From contig CAVVEB010000001.1 of NCBI GenBank assembly GCA_963747115.1, forward strand, positions 52,735 to 116,734: a stretch of DNA of 64,000 nucleotides. Direction: 5' to 3'. Under the pieces are notes generated by a model that saw nothing but the letters and a program-made list of their open reading frames with translations, made no database searches and was not told the origin of the DNA. The position numbers and the translations under genes were made by a program. Source of the DNA: an uncultured delta proteobacterium (GTDB taxonomy: Bacteria > Desulfobacterota > Binatia > Binatales > Binataceae). Position 1 is the stretch's first letter; each line of letters opens with the position of its first letter. Below, in pieces: positions 28,045-37,463 of this stretch.

Positions 28045-29481
28045 TTACGGCTTGATTTCGCCGGGAACAATTTTGCCGCCGGGACCTTCGGGTTTCTTGA
28101 GCGCGAACTTGTCGAGCCGATACTGCAACGTCCGATAACTCATACCCAGCATCTTCGAGGCTTTCGCGATCACCCAGTCGGACTTTTCCATTGCCTGCAG
28201 GATCAAATCGCGCTCGAAGGTCTCGAAGTTGATCCCCTCGTTTGGAATCTCGAAGCGGTCACCGCGCGTGCCACCGCCGCGATCGCCGGGACGGCTGGGC
28301 ATTTTGCGCGAGAGGACTTCGCCGGGAAGATCCTTGGGCGTGATGCGATCGCCGTCGCAGAGCAGGATCGCGCGCTCGATCGCGGACTCGAGTTGGCGCA
28401 CGTTGCCGGGCCATGGAGAGTCGACCAGAATTTCCATCGCCTCGCGGCTAATCTCTTTCGGCTGCCCATCGGCGAGATGCGCGAATTTTTTCAGCGCGTG
28501 AGCCGCGAGCAACGGGATGTCGCCGCGGCGATCGCGCAACGGCGGCATCGTAATGGTCACGACGTTGACGCGATAGTAGAGGTCCTCGCGGAAACGGCCC
28601 TCCGCGACTTCATCGGCCAGATTTTTGTTGGTCGCCACGATGAGGCGGACGTCGACGTGAAAAGAGTCGTTGCCGCCGACCCGGCGCACTTCGCGTTCCT
28701 GCAGCACGCGCAACATCTTGGCCTGCAGCGGAGAAGGCAGATCGGCGATCTCATCGAGGAACAGCGTCGATTTGTCGGCGGCTTCGATGAGTCCGATTTT
28801 TCGTTCATTGGCGCCGGTGAAGGCGCCTTTTTCGTGGCCGAACAATTCGTTTTCCATCAGCGTCTCGGGAATCGCCGAGCAGTTGATCGCGATGAAGGGG
28901 CGCGCCGCCCGCGGCGAGAGCCGATGGATCCCGCGCGCGATCACTTCCTTGCCGGTGCCGCTCTCGCCCTGGATCAGCGCGGTGGAATTCGAGGGCGCGA
29001 TCTTTCGCACCACCCGGATAACGTCCTGTATCGCCTGATCCACGCCGACGATTCCCTCAACCGTGAGACCGCCTTCGAGCTTGCTTTTGAGCAGCGCATT
29101 TTCTTGTTTGAGATTCGCGACCTCGGCGGCTTTCGAGATTGTCATCACCAGGGTTTCGCGATCGGTCGGCTTGGTTAGATAGTAAAATGCGCCATTCTTC
29201 ATCGCCTGCACGGCACTTTCGATGGTTCCGTGCGCGGTCAGCAGCACCACCTGGGTGCCGGGATAAATCGGGCGAACTTTTGCGAGCAACTCTTCGCCCG
29301 ACATCCCCGGCATCATCAGATCGGTCAGCACGATATCGAATTGACTGAGCCCAAGGCATTCGAGCGCGCGCTTGCCGGTTGCAGCTTCTTCAACGGTGAA
29401 GCCTTCTTCGCGCAGCGTGTCGGCGGTTATCTGGCGTTCGAGATCGTTGTCTTCGACGACGAGTACGGAAGATCGGCTCAT
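28045..29481 (-). CDS. Sigma-54-dependent response regulator (NtrC family: REC + AAA+ + Fis HTH)
   Basis: REC with D in VLTDLMMPGMSG, Walker A GESGTGKE, GAFTGA sigma54-contact motif, ESELFGHEKG, C-terminal HTH. Confidence 0.9.
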   Translation of the reverse strand: MSRSSVLVVEDNDLERQITADTLREEGFTVEEAATGKRALECLGLSQFDIVLTDLMMPGMSGEELLAKVRPIYPGTQVVLLTAHGTIESAVQAMKNGAFYYLTKPTDRETLVMTISKAAEVANLKQENALLKSKLEGGLTVEGIVGVDQAIQDVIRVVRKIAPSNSTALIQGESGTGKEVIARGIHRLSPRAARPFIAINCSAIPETLMENELFGHEKGAFTGANERKIGLIEAADKSTLFLDEIADLPSPLQAKMLRVLQEREVRRVGGNDSFHVDVRLIVATNKNLADEVAEGRFREDLYYRVNVVTITMPPLRDRRGDIPLLAAHALKKFAHLADGQPKEISREAMEILVDSPWPGNVRQLESAIERAILLCDGDRITPKDLPGEVLSRKMPSRPGDRGGGTRGDRFEIPNEGINFETFERDLILQAMEKSDWVIAKASKMLGMSYRTLQYRLDKFALKKPEGPGGKIVPGEIKP

Positions 29482-29486
29482 GCGGT

Positions 29487-30953
29487 TTATCTCTGTATAG
29501 TCCCCAGCGGGCCCGCGCCAAGCGGGAAAGTGAAGGTGACGAGGGTACCGTGACCGTCCGCGAGCGGCGCAATATCGATAGTGCCGCCATGACGTTCGAC
29601 GATCGATTTCGAAAGAAACAAGCCCAGCCCGATTCCCTCACGCTTGGTGGTGAAGAAAGGTTCGAACACGCGTTTGGCGACGTCGGGATCGATTCCGGCG
29701 CCATTGTCCCTGAAGGTAACCATCAGATGCCCGTCGTTCTGATGGAATTCGATCCGGAGTTCACCGCCGTCGGGCATCGCCTGGATCGCGTTGGCGATCA
29801 CGTTGACGAAGCACATGCGGATTTTCTCGGCGTCGACGTTGAGCATAGTCGCCGTGCCGTTGGCCTCCTGGACCAGGTTCACACCCTGCGCGCGCATTTT
29901 CGATTCGGAAATCTGGAGCACGCTATCGATCAGCGTCCGCACGTCGGTCGGCGCGGGATGGATTTCGATCGGCTTGCCGTAGTTGAGGAAACTCTGCACC
30001 AGTTCCGAGAGCCGGCGGATCTCATCTTTCATCAGCGCGATCTGATGCACGTAGGTGTCGGTGTCGGGTTCCAGACGGCGCGAATATCTGGTCCGCAACT
30101 GATCGAGCGCGAGACTGATGAAGTTGAGCGGATTTTTTATTTCATGCGCAAGGCCGCCGGCCAGTTGCCCCAGCGCGGTGAAGCGCTCGAGGCGATTCAG
30201 CTCGGCCTCGCGTTCGCGCGCGCGGCGCAACTGGCCGACCATTTCATTGAAGCTGCGGGTCAAGAGGCCGATTTCGTCGCGCCGGTTACCCTCGGGCACC
30301 GGTTCCAGTCCGCGCGCCATAATGTTCTGCGCGGCCGCGGCCACCGCGTGGATCGGCTCAACGTAGCGCTGGGCAAGAAAGTAGGCGCTGATCAGTCCGA
30401 TCGCGAAGATCGCGACCGCGAGCGTCAGCTCATGAATCCGGCTCTCGGCCAGCGGCTTCGCGAAGTCGCCGAAATTCGCTACCACCCGGACATAGCCGAG
30501 CAGGTGATCCTCGACCTGAATCGGGATCAGGTAAACCGTCTGCGCGGAGCCGGGGCGCAGCCGGACCGGTAATACCGCGCCGCCGGTATTCCGCTGTTCG
30601 ATGATTTTGTCGAGCGGACTTTTTTGCAGCGCCTCCCCGATCAGCTTCGGATTAGAGCTGTTGATGATCAGGTTTTGCGTCGACGCGATGGAAACTTCGA
30701 GCCCCTTGCTGCGCAGACTGGCGACGTAGTCTTGTAACCGCCGCGGGTCACTCGGTCCGACCGTGGTGAGTTCCTGCACGCTGATCTGAATGGCGCGCGC
30801 GAGGTCGCTCACTTTTTCCTGAGTAGTCTCGACAATTTGTTCCTGGGTGCCGAGGCTCACGATAACTTCGGCGCCGAGCGTCAGCCCCAGCAGAAGCACC
30901 ATCAGGAAGATCAGCTTGGCCTTCAGATTCAGCGCTGGAAATCTATATGCCAT
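29487..30953 (-). CDS. Sensor histidine kinase (periplasmic domain + HAMP + HisKA + HATPase_c)
   Basis: Two TM helices flanking a ~150-aa periplasmic domain, H-box GLAHEIKNPLN, N/G1/G2 boxes (DNGAGIDPD, GIGLGL). Confidence 0.9.
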   Translation of the reverse strand: MAYRFPALNLKAKLIFLMVLLLGLTLGAEVIVSLGTQEQIVETTQEKVSDLARAIQISVQELTTVGPSDPRRLQDYVASLRSKGLEVSIASTQNLIINSSNPKLIGEALQKSPLDKIIEQRNTGGAVLPVRLRPGSAQTVYLIPIQVEDHLLGYVRVVANFGDFAKPLAESRIHELTLAVAIFAIGLISAYFLAQRYVEPIHAVAAAAQNIMARGLEPVPEGNRRDEIGLLTRSFNEMVGQLRRAREREAELNRLERFTALGQLAGGLAHEIKNPLNFISLALDQLRTRYSRRLEPDTDTYVHQIALMKDEIRRLSELVQSFLNYGKPIEIHPAPTDVRTLIDSVLQISESKMRAQGVNLVQEANGTATMLNVDAEKIRMCFVNVIANAIQAMPDGGELRIEFHQNDGHLMVTFRDNGAGIDPDVAKRVFEPFFTTKREGIGLGLFLSKSIVERHGGTIDIAPLADGHGTLVTFTFPLGAGPLGTIQR

Positions 30954-31032
30954 CTGGTGAACGCCTAACCCTCAATTGAACGCAATCCGGGGCGCATGAA
31001 AAGAGGCTTCGAGCGATGCCGGAGTTGGGGGT

Positions 31033-31644
31033 TCAGGTTTTTGCCGGCCTGGCCCAGATTCGCAACACCACCAGCCGCGTCATGAAAATCGCCGCGCACA
31101 ATGCGGCCACAATCCAGATCACTTTTTCGAAGCCGCCGATGTATCGAATCATTTGTTCGAGTTCCCCTCCGAACAGATATCCAATTGTTACCACCACCGG
31201 CACCGAAATCGCGGCGCCCGCGAGATCGTAAAGGAAGAACCGGCTGGGAGGAACCCCGAGCGATCCGGCCGACAAATAAATCAGCGCGCGGAAACCGGCG
31301 AAAAATCGCGCGTAGAAAATCGCCAGATGCCCGTGGCGATGCATGAAGGCTTCCATTCGTTCCAGTTGCTTTCCGGAACCGGCTCGCTTGAGCCCGAAGA
31401 AGGAAAGCAGATTCGATCCCACGCCGCGGCCGATGAAGTAGAGCGAATTGTCGCCCGCAATCACGCCGAGCAAGGCGACCACCAGCGTCATCGGATAGTG
31501 CGTGACTCCCTTGTGCACTAGAAAGCCGCCGGCCAGCAACGCTGCGTCTTCGGGCATCGGAAGACCCAGCCCGCACAGCATCAGGATCACGAACAATCCG
31601 GCATAGGTGAAATGCTCGATATACGCGGAGATCAGTCCGAGCAA
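31033..31644 (-). CDS. DedA/SNARE-associated family membrane protein
   Basis: 203 aa, multi-TM. DedA core motif region (GLGLPMPEDAALLAGGFL ... YARFFAGFRALIYLSAGS). Confidence 0.8.
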   Translation of the reverse strand: MLGLISAYIEHFTYAGLFVILMLCGLGLPMPEDAALLAGGFLVHKGVTHYPMTLVVALLGVIAGDNSLYFIGRGVGSNLLSFFGLKRAGSGKQLERMEAFMHRHGHLAIFYARFFAGFRALIYLSAGSLGVPPSRFFLYDLAGAAISVPVVVTIGYLFGGELEQMIRYIGGFEKVIWIVAALCAAIFMTRLVVLRIWARPAKT

Positions 31645-31647
31645 CGA

Positions 31648-32106
31648 TCAATCTCCGCCGCCGAAACGGTCGCGCAGACTATCGCGGATTTTCTCAATCG
31701 CCATGCCTTGCTCGGCGAGCTTTTCGGCCTCGATCGCTTCATTGGTACAGATCGCGCAGTGCGAGCCGTGGTCGGTGCGGTAGCAGTCGAGCAGATTCTT
31801 GTGACCAAGGGCGCGATCGCATCCGCAATAGCAATGCATCTGCGCGAGCAGAGCGGGATCGCGCTCGGCGACTTGATACGCCTTTTTGACATCGCCGGCG
31901 AACAGCTCCGGGTCCAGCGTGATCCGCAATTGGCGCGCGGGATCGCTGTTGGCCGCCTGCTGCGAAGCCTCCGGCAAAGACTCCTTGGCATTGTCGGCCG
32001 CGCGCGAATGATAAAACTCAACGCCACCATAAGCCGCGACCGCGAGCACAGCGATGATCGCGGTAGCGACTATTCCGGAAGAGCTGGACTTTGGTTTTGC
32101 GCTCAT
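31648..32106 (-). CDS. PCYCGC-motif protein (membrane-anchored, putative metal-binding)
   Basis: N-terminal TM, then HCYCGCD...H...C...HGSHCAICTNEA, as in the PCYCGC Cys/His-cluster family. Confidence 0.6.
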   Translation of the reverse strand: MSAKPKSSSSGIVATAIIAVLAVAAYGGVEFYHSRAADNAKESLPEASQQAANSDPARQLRITLDPELFAGDVKKAYQVAERDPALLAQMHCYCGCDRALGHKNLLDCYRTDHGSHCAICTNEAIEAEKLAEQGMAIEKIRDSLRDRFGGGD

Positions 32107-32119
32107 AATGAAGAATTTA

Positions 32120-32803
32120 CTATAGCATTTCGATGCTTTGCAGGCTCTGCTGCGAAAAGCTGTAAAGCGCCGCCGGGCGATGCGGTCCGCGGCGGGTCGC
32201 GCGGGCCTTCCGGAGCAGTCCCATTGCCATGATTCTGCGCCGGAAATTGCGCCGATCGATAGGACGACCCAAAATCACCGCATAAAGTCTCTCCAACTCC
32301 GCAAAAGTGAACTCAGGCGCCAGCAGGCTATACGCTATATTGGTGTATTCGAGCTTGGCCTTTAACCGCCGCTGCGCGTAGTCAGCCATCAGGCCATGAT
32401 CGTAGGCCAGCGGCGGCAGCGCGGAAACCTCGAACCATTTGCCCGCGAACTCGCCGGCGTCCGCCCGGATCGCGGCTGGATCGGGAATCAGCGCCATGTA
32501 TGCGACCGAGACCACGTGCGAGTTCGGATCGCGCGATGGATCCCCAAAGGTGAAGAGCTGTTCGAGATAGACCTCGCCCAGGCCTGTCGAACTTTCGAGT
32601 TGACGGCGAGCCGCATCGTCGAGCATCTCACCGACGCGAACCAGACCGCCCGGAAACGCCCATCGACCGCGCAAAGGGCCGCGCTCGATAGGAACCAGAT
32701 AGCTGCGCAAGCCGCCGCCGCTCACGGCGAATAGAACGGTATCGACGGCGACCTTGGGTCGCGCGGGTCGATGATGACGGCGATTCGCAGCGATATCACT
32801 CAC
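32120..32803 (-). CDS. Nudix hydrolase domain + C-terminal winged-helix (NrtR-like Nudix-related regulator)
   Basis: Degenerate Nudix box GGLVRVGEMLDDAARRQLESSTG. C-terminal FTFAELERLYAVILGRPIDRRNFRRRIMAMGLL matches the NrtR wHTH signature (..LGxxLDKRNFRRK..). Start set at an in-frame GTG; the listed upstream Met adds R-rich junk. Confidence 0.6.
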   Translation of the reverse strand: MSDIAANRRHHRPARPKVAVDTVLFAVSGGGLRSYLVPIERGPLRGRWAFPGGLVRVGEMLDDAARRQLESSTGLGEVYLEQLFTFGDPSRDPNSHVVSVAYMALIPDPAAIRADAGEFAGKWFEVSALPPLAYDHGLMADYAQRRLKAKLEYTNIAYSLLAPEFTFAELERLYAVILGRPIDRRNFRRRIMAMGLLRKARATRRGPHRPAALYSFSQQSLQSIEML

Positions 32804-32872
32804 ACGGGAAAGCGCCCATCGCGATGTCCATTTGATGAGGCGCCGGCCCCGCGCCAAACGCAAGCTGCCCCC

Positions 32873-35800
32873 CTAAGCGGCTTGGGGGATTTTCAGAGAG
32901 ATGATCCGCGACACGCCGGGCCGATCCATCGTGACACCATGAATGTGATCGGCGCGCTGCATCGTGCGCTGATTATGCGTGATGATAATGAACTGCGAGC
33001 GCGCCTTGAGCTCGGCGATCAGGCTGGTGAAAGCGTTAAGGCGGAATTCGTCGAGTGGGGCGTCGACTTCGTCCATCACGCAGAAAGGACTCGGGTTCAA
33101 AAGGAAGAGCGAGAAGATCAGCGCCATCGCCGATAACGCCTTCTCACCACCTGACAGCAGTCCGATCTCCTTGACCTTCTTGCCGGCCGGCTGGACAAGG
33201 ATGTTCACGCCCGCTTCCAGCACGTCGTCCGCTTGTTCCAATTCGAGGCGTCCCTTGCCGCCCGGCAGCAGCTTGGGAAACAGCTCCTCAAAATTTTTCG
33301 CCGCGCCCTCGAAGGTCTCGGCGAAGCGTTTGCGCGCCTCGCGATTGAGTTTGACGATAGTCTGGCTGAGATCCTTAACGGCCGCATCGAGGTCGGCGCG
33401 TTCGGTCTGAAGTACAACGGCGCGCTCCTCGAGTTCCTTGACCTCGCTTTCGGCGGCAAGGTTCACTTCGCCTATTCTTTCGGCCTTCGCGCGCAGTTCC
33501 GCAATTCGATTGTCATCCGCCGACGCGTCGCGAGTTGCGATCGCAACCGCGATTTCCTCGGCCACCGAGCGGAAATCGGCCGCGAACTTCTCACTGAAAT
33601 TGCGCAAGAGCTCCTCTATGAGCGTGCGCGCGCGCTCGCATTTGAGCGCGCATTCGACGATCTCGGTCTCGAGCGCCTGGAGCTCGGTCTGCGCATGCTT
33701 GTGCTCGGCGCGGCGCGCTTCGAGTTCGGCGGCGCGCTCCGCGCATTCAATTTCAAGGCGCGCGATCGCGGCCGACAGTTCAGCCTCACGCAGCTGCGCC
33801 TGGTCATCTTGCGCTGCAAGCTTTGCGAGTTCGCTCTCGAACTCGGAACGCTCTTCGCGAGCGCGAAGCAGTCGCGCGTTACCTTCATCGATTTGATTTT
33901 CCAGATCACGGGTGACGACCGAGGCGTGGCGGATCTCCTGTTCCAGCGCCAAGACCTGCGCGCGGCGCGCTTCGACATGCGACGCCGCGTTCAGCATCAC
34001 CGCGCCGAGCTGTTCCAGCGCGGCGCGCCGCACCGCGAGGTCTTCGCGGATCGCGGCGAGCTGCCCGCGTGAGGTCTGCTCGGTCAGGGTCAGCGCTTCC
34101 AGGCGCGCATTGGAGGCGGCGGAAAGCTCGTAGATTTCCCACAACCGTTTGCGCGCGCTCACCAGCTGCATTTGCGCCATGCGCACCTTCTGCTCCGAAG
34201 TGGCGGCCTCGGCGCGCGCCGTGATCGCGGTGCGCTCGGCATGCTGCGCGCGCGTGCGCGCATGGGTCAGCGACGCGGCCCGCTCGGCGCGCGCGACGGC
34301 GCAGTGCGCCATCCGCTCTTGCAAAGCCTCGCAGTCAGCAACGGCGCGGCCGAGATCCTCTTCTATTTCACGACTGGGCTTAGCCGGCGAAGGATCGATC
34401 GATACCTCACAACCTTGTGCGCTGCCGCCGCGAATTATGGCGCCGGGAGAAACGATATCGCCGTCGCGAGTTACAAACAGGGTTCCGTGACCGTTAAGGT
34501 TGGAGGCACGCAGCGCTGAGCGAACATCGTCCGCCAGCATCACGTGCCCAAGCATCAGCTCGACCACGCTCTGGTAGCGGGGATCGACGCCGATCATATC
34601 GATCAAGCGGCCCGCGATTCCGGGCGCGTGGATCGCCTGGTGCGCCGGCACGCCGGCTTCCGGTTCCGGGACGAAGCTTAGACGCCCGCCGTTTTTTTCC
34701 TTGAGAATTTCGATCGCGCGAGCGGCGAAATGCGGAGAATCGACGATCACCGCCTCCAGGTCGTCGCCGAGCACGGCCGCCAGCGCAGGCTTCAGTTCCG
34801 CCGGAGCGCGCATAGTGTCGGCGAGAATTTCAGGATCCGTCAAAGGACGATCGCCGTTGAGGGATTCGAGGATGGTCTTCAATGGACGCAGGGAATCGCG
34901 CGAGGCGGCCTGCATCTGGCGGTGGGTGGCATCGAGACCCTCTTTCAGCGCGGCAATTCTCGCGCTGGTGTGCTCGATCGCGGCGCGGGTTTCCATCTCC
35001 TGCTCCGCGGCGCTACGATGCTTTTCTTCCAACGATTCAATTTCCATCCGCGCCGCGGCGAGCGCATCTTCAGCCGACTGCACCGCCTCGTTCGCGTTCG
35101 CGACGGCTTGTGCGAGATCGGGAGTTTCGCCCTCTGCGCGCGCGAGGCGCTCTTCGAGTTCCGCGCGCTCGCCGGCGAGATCACCGAGACGGCCGCGAAT
35201 GAGGGCGGCTTCGCCGACCATCTCGGAGAGTTCGTCCTTCATTTCTTCGGCGCGGCGCTCGGCGTCTTTCGATTCCGAGTGGGCCTCGCCGTGGCGACGC
35301 CGCAGCTCTTCGAGTTCAGCCTCCCCGCCGTCACCGGCGTTATTTTCCAGCGCCAGCGCGGCGCCGGCGCTTGCGCGTGACGCGCGGGCAGTCACAGCTT
35401 TAGCCTCGAGTTCGGCAAGCCGCGCGAGATCGAGCGGTTCCGATTCGTCGATGGCCTGCATTCGGCGGGCGAGAAAATCGCGAGTTCGCGCGCGCTGCTG
35501 CGCTCCCGCATGGATACTTTCCAGCTCGCGCCGGTTCTGCGCGAAATCCGCCTGGACCGATTGCGCAGCGGTAGCCGCGGCCTCGAGCGACGCCTGCAAC
35601 AGCGCCAGGTTTTCGCGGGTGGATTCGGCCCGTGCGCGCAATGCGCCCTCGCGTTCGCTTTCCGCGGCAAGTTCGATTCGCTGGTCGAGCACCCGGCGTC
35701 CGGACTGCAGGCGTTCGAGTTCCGAGAGTTCGGCCTTAATGATCTTATAGGCTTCCGCTTTTTTCGCCTGCCGCCGCGCGTAGTTCAGTTGGCGATCGAT

Positions 35801-36407
35801 CTCGCTCAGCACGTCGTCGATCCGCGCGAGATTTTCGCGCACCCGTTCCAGCTTGCGCTCGCTGATATCGCGACGCCCCTTGAAGAGCGAGAGGCCAGCG
35901 GCTTCCTCGATCATGCCGCGGATCTCATGCGGCTTCGATCTGAATGATCTCGTCGACTCGACCCTGCTCGATAATCGCGAAGCTGCGCGAATGTATCTGC
36001 GAGGCCATGAAGAACTCGGTGATGTCCTTCAGGCGGCAGGGAATTTTGTTGATCAGGTAGTCGGATTCGCCCGAACGATAGACGCGGCGAGTGACCGCGA
36101 CCTCGCTCAGCATCGAGTAGGGCTGGGGTAGCCCGGCGCGCTCCTCGGCTTCGAGGATGAGTGAAACTTCAGCCATCCCGGCGGCGGGATTGGAATCGTT
36201 ACCGGCGTAAATGAGATCTTCGGTGCTCTTGCCACGTAGACGAGTCGGCGCCTGCTCCCCGAGGACCCATCGGATAGCGTCGACGACATTGGACTTGCCG
36301 CATCCGTTGGGACCGACCACGGCGGTCACGCCGGGCGCGAAACTAAGGTTGGTCTGTTCGAAGAAAGACTTGAAGCCTACCAGCTCTAGGCTTTTAAGAC
36401 GCATGCT
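32873..36407 (-). CDS. smc: Chromosome segregation protein SMC; one frameshift at ~35920
   Basis: N-term MRLKSLELVGFKSF...GPNGCGKSN (Walker A) in ORF 35925..36437; the rest (1013 aa, coiled coils, hinge, C-terminal signature LSGGEKALSAMALIF and Walker B CVMDEVDAPLD) in ORF 32873..35914. Confidence 0.9.
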
Positions 36408-36547
36408 GAAATCGCCTCCACCACACCACCATCGCAACCTACACGAAGGTACCCGCTATATGGCGCAAGCGTCAAGTCATACGCCACTACAGAGCGTGCC
36501 AATAACTGCCGCGATACGCCAAGGAATAGTGGCGCGGCCGGGCGGCG

Positions 36548-37195
36548 TCAGTCTTGGAGCAACTCGGTGTTCCAGTAGGCGCTATCGACGTTGGTCAAAA
36601 ACGGCATCCATTCGCGATAGTGCCGGAGACTGAACATCTCGGTCGTAAACGGGGTCCATTCCGGACGCCGAGGCCTGCGGATGAGCACCATGTTGGCCTG
36701 CTCGGGAGTCCGCCCACCCTTTCGGCGATTGCAGGAATGACATGAGCACACGATATTTTCCCAAGTCGAAACCCCGCCCTGCGAGCGGGGATTGACGTGG
36801 TCGAGGTTGAGGTCGGTCCGGGAATATCGCTTTCCGCAGTACTGACAAGTGTTGTTGTCGCGGGCGAAAATATTGAAACGGGAAAACCTGACATGACGCT
36901 TCGGTACCCGCTCGTAGGCGACCAGCAATAGCACCCGCGGCACCCTGATGTAGCCGCCCACGATTCCGAGCCGCTCATGATGCATCTCGATGGCAAGATC
37001 ACGCCAGCTATCGAAGTCAAAGGTGCGATACTGCTCGTCGACGGCCTTGGCTATACCTTGGTAAAGTAGAGCAAACGCCCGTTTTACCGAGGTTACGTGA
37101 ACCGGAAGGTAGGAACGGTTAAGAATCAGGACCTTGCTGTTCAGCAGGGTCCCCCCTTGCGCATTTAGCGCAATCGATTGGGCTGCCGCAGACAT
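36548..37195 (-). CDS. HNH endonuclease (McrA-like), standalone
   Basis: CQYCG...DLNLDHVNPRSQGG...WENIVCSCHSCNRRKG. HNH motif with a zinc-binding Cys tetrad. 215 aa. Confidence 0.8.
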   Translation of the reverse strand: MSAAAQSIALNAQGGTLLNSKVLILNRSYLPVHVTSVKRAFALLYQGIAKAVDEQYRTFDFDSWRDLAIEMHHERLGIVGGYIRVPRVLLLVAYERVPKRHVRFSRFNIFARDNNTCQYCGKRYSRTDLNLDHVNPRSQGGVSTWENIVCSCHSCNRRKGGRTPEQANMVLIRRPRRPEWTPFTTEMFSLRHYREWMPFLTNVDSAYWNTELLQD

Positions 37196-37463
37196 TGCTG
37201 CTCCAAATTGCTATCGGCCACCGCTAAAGATGTCAAGCTAGCGACCGTCTGGATTCGCTGTTTCTTCGATTTCAGGCGAATATGTGATGGCCTTACGCGA
37301 TCTCGCTTGATGTGATGACTAACGTCGGATGGCGCTTGCGCAGGTATAACATGGTTCGTATGATTCGGTTCGATGGGATGGTGGGAGGAAGGGAAGCAAC
37401 ACGCGCGCGAACATCCGTCATCTCCTTGACGCTCGCTACGTCAGCGGTTCAAAACATCTTTCG

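Noticed and set aside
28393-30572. Plus-strand ORFs of 261 and 340 aa
   Set aside because: Antisense to the sigma54 response regulator and histidine kinase genes.
33233-35750. Several long plus-strand ORFs (279 aa, 349 aa, 216 aa, etc.)
   Set aside because: All antisense to smc. Ser/Ala/Arg-rich low complexity.
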